A stretch of 63,314 bases of DNA, filler included, from Choristocarpus tenellus KU-1152 (lineage: Eukaryota > Protista > Phaeophyceae), in NCBI GenBank assembly GCA_964200185.2. It is 12 parts of 12 records of this genome, joined end to end, with 100 filler letters (N's around TTAATTAATTAA, not from the genome) between each part and the next. Parts side by side here need not be neighbours in the genome. Positions count along the whole stretch, not along the records: positions 1 to 4,126 come from CAXNAD020016082.1; positions 4,227 to 12,315 come from CAXNAD020005166.1; positions 12,416 to 15,424 come from CAXNAD020022968.1; 9 more parts are not named here. One strand, 5' to 3'. The notes below the pieces were generated by a model. The model worked only from the letters and a program-made list of their open reading frames with translations. It was not told the origin of the DNA and did not search any database. Below are positions 1 through 12,473 of this stretch, one piece after another. The translations under genes and the position numbers were made by a program. Numbering within the stretch: the stretch's first letter is position 1; each line of letters begins with the position of its first letter.

Positions 1-790
1 ATGGAGGTAAAGGAGACCTTCAGATCATTTATCGCCAGAGGAGAGCGACACCGTCTAAAGAGGCAGAGGAATTAACTAGACCAGGTACCCAGAGCACATC
101 CTGGAGTAGAAAAGATGGGAGGATTATTGCTAGAAGTCCTGTCAGAACTATGTGTGAAGTGGTTAGATAGATGGGATGAGTATATATCCCGTGCATGTTG
201 GGTGCAGCGCACTACTCCAGGTCCATCTGACCCTCTCAACCCCACTTCCTTTCGAATCTTGTTTGACCGTGATCCTCGCACACAACTGGACTCCTTAACA
301 CCCAAGTTAGATGGAGACATAGAGATTGGAGGATTAGATTCCTTCATTGAGCAATGAAGACATAACTTCAGAGAGGTAGGAGAAGTACTGGAGAGACGGA
401 TGTCTGCAAGGCAAAAAAATAGAGAGAGAGCCAACGCTTCAATTGCCAGATCTTCCCCAGGACTAGGATCCAAACCATGTGACCTAGTATTAGTGAAGGA
501 AGCAGACAGCTCGATCCATGGGGAAAAACCAGGTGAGACAAGAGTGGGGCAAGAAGCTAGTTCATGAAAGATGGATGGGACCGTGGACTGTAAAGGAAAT
601 TTCGCATCAGAGTAGTAGTTATGACGGTTGAATTGCCTGGTAGGCAAATACGCACACATAATGTTCATGGCTTTCATGTGAAACCCTTCCACGTAAGACC
701 CATACATTTGAGACATAGCTTCCAAGATGAATATGCCCAAATAGTGTGGGAATCGGACCAAGGTCTAACAGGAAAATCTGTGGTACCAGT
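1..790 (+). mobile_element. Ty3/Gypsy LTR-retrotransposon integrase C-terminal remnant (frameshifted)
   Basis: Reads EVLSELCVKWLDRWDEYISRACWVQRTTP..SFRILFDRDPRT, then KLVHERWMGPWTV (GPY/F-like) after frameshifts and stops; cut off at 791 by a TIR element. Confidence 0.75.
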
Positions 791-1375
791 TGCTCAAAGT
801 ATCTGGGGGGGGGGGGGTGCCGGCGTCCGTCTTTGACCCTTTTTTCGATTTTCACTTTTTGGTGTGATTTGGTTGCACGTGTCGGATTTGAAATGTGGAC
901 AAAAACGAGAAGACTGTTGGTTAGGTTCCCTTCTGTTCTTGCGTACGTTTGAGGAATGGGAATATATGCCACCATTTATTTGGGCTTAGTTAGGAGTTTC
1001 GACGTTTGCATGTGTCGGATTTCGAATGTGTTCGAACAGGCTTATTGGTTGGTGTATGTTGGTCGTATGGTTAGGATGAAGAATGAGAGATATGTCGCTG
1101 GTTGTTTCAGGGTTAGTTATTGGTTTGTTTGGCTGCATGAGTGGGATATGGTTAGCACATAAAGAGGGCTGTCGGTTAGGGTGTGTGGTCCCAGTGTTAG
1201 CACGAGGAATTGCAAAAAAAAAAACATGGACTGTTTCGATGTTAGTTCTTTCGTTTATTTGCTTGCATGAGTCGTGTCTGGTATGTACACAAAGAGAACT
1301 GTCAGTTAGGGCCTGTTGTCCCGGTGTGCGCACGAGGAACTAGAAATATTCCATAGACTGTTTTAAATTTAGTAT

Positions 1376-1634
1376 GGGCCAAAGTATCTTAGAGGGTAAA
1401 GCCGTGTCCATTTGGAGATCAAAATCCAATGTTGCAGTTTTGATGTAATTTTGGCTATAGTGTTTGCTAGGAAGTGTCAATATCCTTGTTACGGACACAC
1501 CTTTTCGTAACTTACACATTTTACCTACTCCGAAACATTTTGGAGTAGAAAAATATCATTAAAATAAACATGGGAAGCCAAGCCCCAAATGGACAAACAG
1601 GGCACAACTCGTACCCACTAAGACACTTTCACTC
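1376..1634 (+). mobile_element. MITE family 1, full length (about 259 bp)
   Basis: TIRs GGGCCAAAGTATCTTAGAGGGTA / TACCCACTAAGACACTTTCACTC; 4-bp TSD GTAT/GTAT; internal hairpin CTACTCC..GGAGTAG. Confidence 0.9.
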
Positions 1635-2664
1635 GTATTTTGTTTATTTGCTTGCATGTGTCGGTTTAGTATGTACACAGACGGGATTGTCGGTCAGGGT
1701 GTCAGGTTTAAAGTTGTTGGCATGAAGGAAGGGAAAAGGGTCAGGTTTTGTTTTGAGGTTAGTGTAGTATTTCTTTGATATCATGTGTCGACGGATTCTG
1801 GATGTGTTCACAAAGGGTTATCGGTCAAGGTTTTTTGTCGTACGTTTCGCTGGAAGTATCTTAAGATATATTTCCCTTGATTCGGGGCTAGGGTTAGTGG
1901 GTTGAATAAATCCTGATGAGCTAGGGTTGGTTTGGCGTAAGTAGGGTCGATGACGGCACTGGTACGTAGTTCAGGAATGCAGATGGTCTCAGTGTAAGTG
2001 TTAGGGTAAGTTTATGATTTGTATCGGTGCGCGGGGGTGGCAATCCAGGCAATTAATCGAGTTCATGGCAGGTGTTTGGGGTAGGCTCAGAGTTGGTGTT
2101 GTGCTTAGGAGCATCGAGCATGGACTTCAGGATATGTTCCTCCAAGATTTGAAGGAGGGTGAGATTGACCCTCGTTTGTCGACACTTGGACAAAGCATGA
2201 GATGGTGCATAGAGTATTGAGAAGCAGGGGGGAGCTAGGTAGTAGGGTTCAGGGAATAATTAGTGGCTGGTAAGAAGACAACGTATCCATCGCAGGCCTT
2301 GGCGAATTGATTGGAACCTTAGTAGAAAAGATGGAGAAGATTTTTCTATAAAATGTTTTATATTTTGGTAGTCTGAAGCTTGGATTGGACATGCTCTGTT
2401 AAACAAATAAGAACACAGGTCTAATCCTCAAGATGAGTATCATATATGATACACTGACACCTCTGACTGGTAGCAATGTATCTGATACCACTGTGTAAAT
2501 GCATAGCCCATCGGATGGAAATTGCATGAACATGGTAGTCGGACACCAAGGCAAGGTACACTGATGCCCGAATCAGACACAAGTAACTCGACCCGTACTT
2601 CAACAAAAAACTGAAACGACTGAAGCCCTATTTCAATTGGTGGGCGGAGTCGAAATGGCATTCC

Positions 2665-4093
2665 TCACTCTTCTCCCACCACTCTACAAGCTTCTGGTAT
2701 ACCTTGGTTAGAAGGTGCCAGAGATTTAGGTACGTGGAGTACCTGTCGTTCCATGGTTCGGGCTTCACGAGGCTCACGAAGATGGCCTTCCTTTATTGGA
2801 GTGCTTCCACATGCTCGGGACGCAACGTGCTGCTGGGTTTCCCTCCATGACCGCTGAGTTTTAGCTGTGTGTGGGCTTATGGACATAGCAGTCATCCCTG
2901 AATACAAGATTTTTGGCCGCTCTGCCGGCCTTGATGAGCCTGAACCCATGGTCGTATATGACCTGCGTAAGGATTTGGGTTTGAACTCGGTACTGTGACA
3001 AAGCGAGTTTGTTGCCGATCGTAGGAGCTCAGTAACACATACCTCCATGAAGGCTTCGGTGATCCCCACGACGGATGCATCTCCAGAGTCAACCACATCC
3101 TGCGTCATGACATCGTCATCACCATGTGTGGACGTTTCGTCGTCATCCTCATGCCTCGTAGTAGATGGCGCTGCATTTTCTGCGTCTCCACCCTTTCTGG
3201 CAGAAGCGAAGACGTTCACAAAAAAACTAGGTTCTAAATCGTGTTCGTCATTTCCACGAGGCTGTTTGAACGGTCTATCCGTCCAGCACGTTCTCCCAAC
3301 CTCTTCTTCCTAATGACCGTCGTTTTGACCTTCCCTTTACCTTTTAAGGAAGGCTTGTCCCTATGTGAGGAACCTGATGATGTCAAATCAACCCTTCGCT
3401 CCACAGTGTTGTCATTCCTGTTCCCTCTACCCGTTGGGTCATGATCGACGGACTTGTTGCTGCTGCTGCCCCCCACATGGACGTTTTGGGACATTCTGGG
3501 GTCACTCCTGACAGGCATGGACTCTGAGTCCGTGCCTAGCCGCCCCCCCACGTCCTCTTGGACATCTTCCTCTGGACATGACAGAGCGCTACAATCAGGC
3601 CGGTCCCCATCGCCTTCAGAGTCGTGTTCCGAGGGTGTGGTTGGATGCCATCCCCCGTGGAGTGTTCCGCTCCCCGCACCTACTGTAGGGTTAGGCGATG
3701 GTGCCTCCTGTTCCTCTTCATCACCTAGTAGGTCGGGTCCTCCACAAGGTATAGGCGTGGATAAGCCACCAGCTATTGGTGTCTTTGACAGCGCAAAATT
3801 GTGGAAGGTGGAGAGTTTGTCGATGACGAGTTGGATATGATCCGGATTGTGGTTATCCCCGAGGGTGGTGCATATGATTACGATGCCTCCTGGTCGGGTC
3901 TGGAGAAGGGCGACTGCTCTCTTGAGGGCGGCGCTCGTTTCGGACTTGAACTTGTCAACGTCGTGCTCGGACGTGGCGTTTTTCTCTGACGTGATCACAA
4001 TATTTGTGAGTCGTGTTGTCTCTGTAATGGTGGACAAGTAGTCAAAGGATGAGGCAGAGGTTGGTGAAAAGGAGTAAACAAAGGAGGATATCG
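2665..4093 (-). pseudogene. Frameshifted ORF pair; N-terminal part resembles a SAM-dependent (amino-)methyltransferase fold, followed by a low-complexity acidic region
   Basis: ORFs 3234-4100 and 2665-3219 join via a frameshift near 3310; motif FDYLSTI..TNIVITS....ALKRAVALLQTRPGGIVIIC; 5' end interrupted by a MITE terminus at 4094. Confidence 0.4.
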
Positions 4094-4126
4094 GACCCAA
4101 AGTATCTGGGAGGGGGGGGGGTCTAC
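4094..4126 (+). mobile_element. MITE family 2 terminus at contig end
   Basis: GACCCAAAGTATCTGGGAGGGGGGGGGGTCTAC. Confidence 0.75.
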
Positions 4127-4226
4127 NNNNNNNNNNNNNNNNNNNNNNNNNNNNNNNNNNNNNNNNNNNNTTAATTAATTAANNNNNNNNNNNNNNNNNN
4201 NNNNNNNNNNNNNNNNNNNNNNNNNN
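4127..4226. other. Artificial contig linker (also 12316-12415, 15425-15524, 22900-22999, 27921-28020, 33240-33339, 35957-36056, 44979-45078, 48317-48416, 54581-54680, 60566-60665)
   Basis: Identical 100-nt N44-TTAATTAATTAA-N44 block with stops in all six frames. Confidence 0.98.
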
Positions 4227-4254
4227 CCCGCCCCCCACCCAGATACTTTGAGCC
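4227..4254 (-). mobile_element. MITE family 2 terminus
   Basis: CCCCCCACCCAGATACTTTGAGCC. Confidence 0.75.
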
Positions 4255-4894
4255 AGCAGGGTCCTATCCTTAAGACCAAGTCGTTCTGTACATCCATTTG
4301 TTAGCATGTGATTAGCACGTAGTATGAGGTGGTATCAGCAATCTATGTTCTTGTCGTGCTGCGACTTTGTTGTTATGTTCATATGGTGAAGTACTCTCAG
4401 TCCCCCGGCAGCAAACAGCGGTTCCTTTGTGACCCATCCAGAGTACAGTTCAGCTTTTGAAACCTGCCATGTTGCACAGTCAGTCACCTGCAGGTTGAGC
4501 TAAGTCAGATGAAGCTCTTGTTTGGGTGTTCTAATCGAGGGCTGAGCGGTTGCATGACATTGCAGCACAAAGATCTATTCATGTAGTCCATTGCAATTGT
4601 CCATGGACAGAAATTACTGTGTACTACACAGGAGTATATATTAGTACCACTACTACGTGTGTACTGCAGCATAGCATGCTACACCAATGCACTAGACTAG
4701 ATGGGCAGATTGGTCTTGCCTTGCAATCAGATCCTTAGCCTCCAAAAACTTCAGGCAGAGTCAAGAGCACAACATTTCTGAGATATATATTCTTTGTCGT
4801 AAGGATGAGTCACTGTCAGCAACATCTTGCACTACTGCTAGTGACACGCACTGTTGTTGCTGCAAAAGTTGTCACTTGTTATTGTGGATAGTGC

Positions 4895-5089
4895 AGTAAT
4901 AGTAATAGTAGTAATAGTAATAGTAATAGTAATAGTAATAGTAATAGTAATAGTAATAGTAATAGTAGTAGTAGTAGTAGTAGCAATAGTAATAGTAGAT
5001 AGTGGATAGTACAGTAATAGTAATGGTAATAGTAATGGTAGTAGTAATGGTAATAGCAATAGCAATAGCAATAGCAATAGCAATAGTAA
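4895..5089. repeat. Compound microsatellite (AGTAAT)n/(AGT)n/(GGTAAT)/(AGCAAT)n, upstream of the first visible RSPH9 exon
   Basis: Directly visible; generates the poly-Tyr and poly-Leu spurious ORFs. Confidence 0.97.
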
Positions 5090-5197
5090 CATGCAATGTA
5101 GCTGTGAAGTGCACACTTCAGGCGCACGATTTCGATTATACAATTTTCGCACCCACCCACAAGTTTCTCCACAATGCCCTCTTGAACTCTTGGGCAG

Positions 5198-8100
5198 GCT
5201 TCACGCAAGGTCCGTGCTTTCCGCAACTTTGAGGGGCTGTCACATGAAGCGTCAGCGGACATCATAAACTACTTCCACTTTCGTCCTCCTGAGAGTATAC
5301 AGGTTGGCATCTCTCCACCCCAACAACGTAGTGTGCATCTTGCTTGCTCCACATGACAAAACCAACCATTCCAATTGAGTTTTTCGACAAAAATGTATGA
5401 GTGCTGTATCACTTTGTCTCCCCTCTAATGATATTTCTTTCTCCGTTCACGATAGAGTATAGACTCATGAGCAGGGCCCTCATTCCGAGATAGATAGCAA
5501 GATTGTAGTTGAAGCGACCCACTTTCCATTTTACTGACAGGCTGCAGCGGCAATGGCCAAGAAGGGCTTAGTCAGGGAGAACGAATTCCTGGATCCTATT
5601 TCAACGGACAAACCTGACGGATGCTGGGCACTCACCAAGAACCCATCCTCCAGTATGGCAGTGCTCCGCAGCCTGGTTTGGCCAGGTTACTATTTCTTCC
5701 ACCAGGTTGGTACAGAGTCTACCTAAACCCTTACACAATGGAGCCTCTGTGACCTAGATAAAGTAGTGAGCAGTGTTTGACGGACGCTTGAGTCTCTGCC
5801 AGATGGAGCTAGGGTTTCTAATGAACCCCAATGCTAACCCTGTAACTCTAGAGTCACCCCAGAACGGCATCCTAGAGCCAGGTACTTCTTCATGACCAGG
5901 AGACCTGATGGTCACATTTATGCAAATTACACACTGCCACTGCAATGTAGTTGAGGAAGGAGGAGATGGGCTTAAAATCTGTACCATATCTGTAGGTAAC
6001 ATATTTCTTGAGTTCAGTGGGAGCTATGCTCTATGTGTTTTCCCGAGTGGTGACATGGGGACCCTGTGGGAGTGGCAGGGCAGGGTGTTTGTGGATTCGG
6101 CTAGCTTTTTGTTCCTAATATCTATCCAAAATATGTGAGTTTCTTGGTTGTTTTTTTACAGGCAGCTATTGTAGTAGAAATGGTGCTTATAGTTGCAACT
6201 TATATATCTGATTGAGGGTTAGGGGCATGATATGAAAGGACTACGATGTTGACGAATGGAACACCCTGTATACTGCAATTGGTCAACATACATTGTCCGC
6301 CCTGGAGTATCATCTACCCCCTCTCCATCTTCGCAACTCTAAGATAGTCCCTTCAAGTATGATCAATTTTTTTTGGAGTCAGGGTATCTTAGAGGGTAGA
6401 GCCGCGTCCCTTTGATGTAATTTTGACTGTCGTGTTAGTTAGGAAGTGTCAATATCCTTGTTCTGGACACACCTTTTCATAACATCCACATTTTACCTGC
6501 TCCAAAACATTTCAGAGTATGTAAAATGTCATTTAAAAAAAACACACGGGAAGCCAACCCCAAAAGGACAACAGGGAAAAATTCTTACCCTCTAAGGTAC
6601 GTTCAGTCAAGCTTCATTATTTTCTCCAGAGAGAGAGTGCTTTCAGAAATGGACATACCTGCTACTTCCCCTCAAATATTTCCCCCCACACGTGCAATCT
6701 CTCTATGAACTCCCACTCAGTACAGCTTGTTTCGTTTACCAAGCTCTTCGTGAACTTTCTTTTTTTATTGCGTTGTGAATCGCGACGATTCATTCGAGTC
6801 GATTCGTTTGTTTGGTCTGACAATCGAGATTGTGATTGTGTTGTGAATCGCGACGATTCACTCAAGTCGATTCGTTTGTTCGGTCTGACAACCGAGATTG
6901 TGATTGTGTTGTGAATCGCGACGATTCAATCAAGTCGATTAGCTTGTTCGGTCTGACAATCGAGATTGTGATTGAATTTTTTTCATTTTTCTGAGTATTT
7001 ACTTCTCGTGTGTATGTGTGTCGCACCACTTGCTTTAAACCTCTAAGTAACACTTTTGCACACTTTACTTCCTTCAACCGAGTGCGCCAAAAAAAATAAT
7101 TGAGCTAATACTGAAGTATATATTTATTGCTCATAATCTATTTCGATTTACAACACTAACCATATAATATTGCTCGCTTTCATAATCTGGAAGAAATGGT
7201 GTAACTGGGTTCTAACGTTTTCCTGTGTGTATGTGCCTTTTTCCTTCCCTGACCTCAGCATATGTACAATATCGAGCCATTTAACCAATTGAACAGTTGG
7301 ACAGCGGGTTTTACCGTCAACTCAATCTTTTTGTCAATTCATCATCCTCCAGTATACATATGTACGTTTCCTTGTTGATTCCATGCATGGGAGGGTAAGA
7401 GGAAACCACCAAGTCTTAATTCCGCTACACTTACTCCTTATCCACACGCAACACACCGTCATCTCAGGTTGTCAACATCACACCTGCAATCTGCTTTGTG
7501 TTCCTGCAAGAAGAAAGCACAGCCCACTAAACACATAAAAAATTCTAGATAACGAGTTCAAATAGCGTTTTGTCAATTATTTTGAGGATCCCTGGCAATT
7601 TAATGCTGGAGATCTGGATTGCTCTAACACTTTCCGACCATCCATCCCGTGTCGAAGACTGGATAACCCTCCCTCACTTTTGGCTTTCTAGGCTAAGAAC
7701 AATGTAAGCACTCCTTGGGTTCAGTGCACCCCGCTGTTGTGAATCAAACTCCACATGATCAGCACGTTACAACTGTTTTGCGATGCTGGCGGTTGAATCC
7801 GCAGCATTGATAATATAAAAAAGGGCTGAGGTTTGTCGGAAGAATTTGATTGGGTACATACTTGAATCTTGGTCAAGTGTATCGAATAGAAGCTACAGGC
7901 GGCAACGACAAACCCAAACTGTGATGAGCTGATACACGTACAAATGCAAATGAATTGCAATTTGTGGAAAGTTTGAAAAAAGATGTGCAGAGCTACCTGG
8001 GATCACTCTTGTGCTGGTGCCAAGGAGTAAATGGTTTTCTAGGCAGTCTCCCGGCAAGGATGTCATTCGTATCTCTACATTAGGACATCTTTCAGAGTTG

Positions 8101-8302
8101 TTTGAAGATTTCACACACGCCGTTTAATATCCTCAGCTCGATTTCGGTCAAGCTTATGAATGAAATCCCCTCCCTCACCCCCCCCCATCAAACAACCAAC
8201 AAACCGTGTGCAACTGATTGTGCCAAGCCTGGAACTGGTGACTACGGTGGAGTCTACTTTGGACATGGACTCCCAAATACAGATCTTTCTTTCATGCTTT
8301 GA
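5198..8302 (+). CDS. RSPH9: Radial spoke head protein 9, last three exons (5' part missing)
   Basis: Exons 5198-5302, 5541-5705, 8228-8302 with GT-AG phase-0 introns; ASRKVRAFRNFEGLSHEASADIINYFHFRPPESIQ/AAAAMAKKGLVRENEFLDPISTDKPDGCWALTKNPSSSMAVLRSLVWPGYYFFHQ/PGTGDYGGVYFGHGLPNTDLSFML* matches RSPH9 C-terminal motifs. Confidence 0.92.
6376..6608 (+). mobile_element. MITE family 1, diverged and internally deleted, in RSPH9 intron
   Basis: Aligns with the 1376-1634 copy over its length; TIRs degenerate. Confidence 0.85.
6774..6974. repeat. 68-bp tandem repeat x3 with internal hairpin
   Basis: Units at 6774, 6842, 6910; each contains TGAATCG-CGA-CGATTCA. Confidence 0.9.
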
Positions 8303-8699
8303 TGCGTATGTTAGAGGATGGACTAGTATGTTATGTAAAGAGGGAGTGCACAAGAGCCTCATCCACAGGAGACGTGAGGGACAATATTGTGCCCTTTCCA
8401 TCACACGGCGACAGGAGAGATTGAGTTGGCTGTAATCAAGCATTTGGAACAAGCATCATCAAGGAGGGTTCGGAGACCGAAGGAGAAGGGTGATTTTTCT
8501 CCAGGAATTGGAGTGCTTGGTAGTTCAGAGGAGGAATGGAGAGAGAGGATTGACAATGATAGTGAACGATATTTCTTTCTGGTGTTGTGTTGTGAGCACA
8601 CCCATAGCAATTGGATCATACCCCAAGAGAAGCAAAACGCAAGCATGCTGTGTCCCTTCTAGTGTTGAGCTCTATCCAAGAACAGGGAGGACATGCTAC

Positions 8700-11000
8700 T
8701 ATGTATTCCAGAGCGCACGAATTACTCGAGAGAGGAAATTATCTGTCTCAGACAAATAATTTTCTACTGATTTCTTCTCCCATGGTCTGTCTGGGACTAA
8801 AAGTTTCTGTCAAACGTTCAGAGGGCACTATCTTCTCGTTAACAATGCAAATGTACACCTCTGTGCTAAATCTACTCTCCATCCGCTCACATTGTAAGAT
8901 ATCGAAAAATATAGCAATAAGACTTGCACAGAGGGAAACGGTGGCACATGCACTTGCTATTCTTTACAGCCCGGTGAGGGGTACTAAATTGTTCAGTGTC
9001 CTTGCAGATAAAACATTTTACATTGCCACACCTGTCGACCAATTGCAGTCCTCTAGGATCGCAGGAGCTCTCTGATTTCTGATTGAAACCTTTTTCTTCG
9101 ATCTTACAGGGTTTTTATCTTTGTCATAGGTATCTGGTTTAGTCAGGAGCAGTTTGTTCATCCCTTTCAACTCTCTATGGTGGCACTTTCAAAGTCGAAT
9201 CCTCGGTCCGAATAGCATAGCGTCTCGGGGCCAAGGTAACAGCAGCTATATATCGCTCCAATCAACATGACTGCAATGTACCTAGTTGTGGTGTCCTTGT
9301 TGAGGACAACAAAAAAAACAAAGAAAGTGATGAGGCGATTGATGGCAGAAGAACATAGGAGCATCTGAGTCAATTTTAGTGGTGAAGACTTTAGCTTATA
9401 CGTCGTAAGACAATAAAGATGAAGAGAAATAGGACCCTGGAGTAGACGCTCAATGGGAGTATGTTCAATATTAAGAACTCCTCGGTGGTGTCAAGTTTTC
9501 TGGTGTAAGGCAGATGGCCCCGCCTGCAGTTTGAAAATTTAGGACCCATCGTCCCACTCCTCTTTCCTGCACAAGATTTTCATCTGCACACACAGAGGTG
9601 CAGATCTATCTGTTGGACTAACGAATTGAAATTCGGTGTTGCAGAGTGCCATATCAACCCTCTATAGAGCAGTGAAATGAACAGTGAACGGTTTTCATCA
9701 GCAATTCTTTATGACTTATGTGAGGAACATTTGACAGTATTTCGAGTGCACCATGCAACAGCAACAACTGAATACCACAAAGTCCCGCCCGCTGTCCATT
9801 TTTCAGCTAGTCAGTAGAACCAAGGCATATTCTGGATCAATTTTCAGGCCTTCGGACAAAGAAATCGAAGTTCTTTTTATTGCAACCATACACTGCAGGT
9901 GCTCAAGATTGCTGTCACCACACCGATTGGTATAGGGCAGGCAACAGCAATTCAGAAATATATATACGATTTTTTTCCTTTTTATGCACGGAGAGGTACT
10001 CTCTAAGGCCTCTCAAACGTTAGAAAGTTTGCCTTGCCCCTGTCAAGGCAACAAGTGGAAAGGGGATAATAGCTGGGAGAATTTCTGAGGGGGCAGACCG
10101 CTGTCTCCAAAACAGAGCAAAAATCAAGGTAGTGTGATAAATACTGGGAAATGCTGAAAGGACGGCACAATATAGGACAGTAAATGTTTAGGACAGCGTA
10201 AAGTTGGAGGGCTTAGAGTCCCATTTTCCCTATTCTATGGTTAACTTTACCGTAAGGTTGCAAATCGAAATATTGTAGTTGTAACTGAAAAAGTAGTAGC
10301 TTGAGTGCTATATTCTGCAGAATTTGGATAGGTTGCTCAAACATCCACAAGCACTACTACTTCTAGTATTGTTTGTAATCTGTTTTCACGCAGGTCCGTC
10401 CGTTTCACTACTGGTTTTGAAGGAGTATCTTTGTTTTGCTGGCTGCAACCCACAGAGGACTGAACCTGCACCATTGACCCAAAGATGTTCCTGAGACTGC
10501 TTCTGGAATGTCTATCTCTTTGCCTTCAGTGACTGTACCCATTGAATCACACCCCCCAGACATAAACGGGTGAACGGCTTGCACGTTCTTCGCTTGCACC
10601 TTCAACTTCACAAATACGTCTGGATTATGAAGGAAGTGATCAACCTCATGCCAACCTCAAATACGACTGATAAAAACTTGCTGCTACCATAGATGACCGA
10701 TTTGTGTGAGCCTTTGGTCGGGACCACTCTCATGATGGAGTTTGTGATGCTGCTTGTGGTGGAAGCGACAACCAGTGCCTCCTCAGCGTCTGTGACAGCA
10801 GGACTGACTGGGGTCTGTGTTGCCATCTCAGCAATGGGTAGGAATGAAACCTTGTACCACTACTGGTCAACAGACTTGGTTGACCCTGTTCCAGTCTTTC
10901 ATTTGGTCGTACTTTGTTTCCGCTATCATATGGTGATGGTGTGTGATTGCAAAGGCGATGTGGTTGCAAAGAAAAAGAAGGAAGCAGGAACAGAAGGAAT
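8700..11000 (-). mobile_element. Highly degenerate Ty3/Gypsy pol remnant
   Basis: Integrase-like LGPETLCYSDRGFDFESATI (about 9170-9240); weak protease-like VVFEVG..ITSFI near 10650; many stops; boundaries approximate. Confidence 0.5.
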
Positions 11001-12415
11001 AGTTAGAGAAGGGGAGAAAGGTTAATGGAAACGAGTGGTAGGAAGAGGGTAGGAGCAGCGTTCATTAAGTAATAAGAGGGCTGAGAACCAGGGGTACAGG
11101 ACGAGGAGGGGAGACCAAGGCAACTTCCGAGCAAGCTCTCCCGCCCACCCACCCTGTCGCTTGCTCGCGACCGACGGGAACACTGGGAAAGGGGGGGGGG
11201 AGGGGAAGTCAAGTTACGGCGGGGTAGATGTCTTCTAGCTCAAAGGCACGGTTTGAAGTGGATCATGAAGGGGTGTTCTTGGATGATTGTGGAGTGGTGT
11301 TGAGTGGTGTGGAAACTGCTGTGGGGTTGAGGGGAGTGGTAACTTGTCTGGGGTTGAAAGGTGGGGGGGTGACTGGAAATTAGGAGCGAAGGGCATTCGC
11401 ACTGGTTGGTCATCAAATGGGGAATGGAGAATAGGAGAATGGCAAATAAGGAATAAGCTAATAATAATAACCCAGAATTCGTGAGCAAAACTGGATCAAA
11501 ATTCAAAACGACCAAAAACTGGGTATTTTTGTTTAATTTGGGTCATCCCCTATATATTCGTATAATGTGCGAAAACCTTCCCACTTGCTCCAAATACGTT
11601 GAGTGCCAACACCATTTTGGAACACAATATAAGATTTGAAGTGGGAGAAGAACCAGTAATCTGGGGGTAATATTTAATTTTGTCATATTTTACAATTATA
11701 AGTAATTCTCGATTAGACAATCCATATTTACGTTGATAGTTTTATGTGGTAGAATCTTTTTATCACAATAGATATTTTTTTTAGGAAAATAGGTAATATT
11801 TGGGATGAAATATGCCCTTCACCACTTCGTTGTGGAGAGATGAGTTGACCGAATAAACATCTGTGAGGTTTTCCCTCTTTCGAGTTTTCTCCCCACAAGC
11901 GCCATGATTTGAACTCGGTTCCTTACGAGGAATCAGTTGGTCGTTATTCCCTCCCCCACACGCCGATTCCTCCCCAACAAGACATTTCTCTGATCCGGAG
12001 GAATCAGCACCTGGATAGAAAAAATGATTGATATACTACTGGTGGCTACCCTCCCCACCCTTCTAGCAAGGTAGCAAGGGCCTCATGGCGAGTCCTTCTC
12101 ACAAGCCGTACGTACAAGCCCCACCATACAGGCCTTAGGAGTGTCTATTCACACTCTTCTTTCTACAGGTGTCCCCTTAAAAGACCTGGCTGAAATTATT
12201 GGCCAAGACTGGGTAACTTGGGGGGGAACAGCACCACCTGCACCTGCCCCAGAGGTCCACATCCTGGCAGCTCATGACGCCAGGATCACAAGGAGGGATC
12301 AGCACGAGATCACACNNNNNNNNNNNNNNNNNNNNNNNNNNNNNNNNNNNNNNNNNNNNTTAATTAATTAANNNNNNNNNNNNNNNNNNNNNNNNNNNNN
12401 NNNNNNNNNNNNNNN

Positions 12416-12473
12416 ATTCTGTACCGCTTTTTTCGGGCATGCCCATGGATGAACAAAATCGGGGTACCTACTG
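12416..12473 (-). mobile_element. Tc1/mariner-pogo-type MITE end (CAGT terminus next to TA)
   Basis: Near-identical to 60797-60854; both end ..ACTG followed by TA. Confidence 0.65.

Larger units (their letters stand above)
791..4093. mobile_element. End of a large TIR DNA element (family-2 terminus, subterminal repeats, cargo pseudogene)
   Basis: TGCTCAAAGTATCTG(n) terminus at 791; degenerate repeats CA(C/T)GTGTCG..ATGTG near 876, 1009, 1782 and TTTATTTGCTTGCATG..GTATGTACACA near 1253, 1643; right boundary not seen. Confidence 0.45.

Noticed and set aside
1376-1634. MITEs as Introner-type intron-generating elements
   Set aside because: Termini are GAG..CTC rather than GT..AG, and no copy forms a whole intron in any gene model
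4127-4226. Recurrent TTAATTAATTAA palindrome as a biological site, or contigs as a true scaffold
   Set aside because: Fixed synthetic linker; MITE halves on either side do not pair (same end twice at 15424/15525, different families at 54580/54681)
4838-5265. Poly-Tyr, poly-Leu and poly-IT ORFs
   Set aside because: Translations of a microsatellite
11831-12315. LTR with PBS and gag start
   Set aside because: The TG..CA segment is only about 66 bp, there is no second LTR, and the ORF is truncated and unrecognisable
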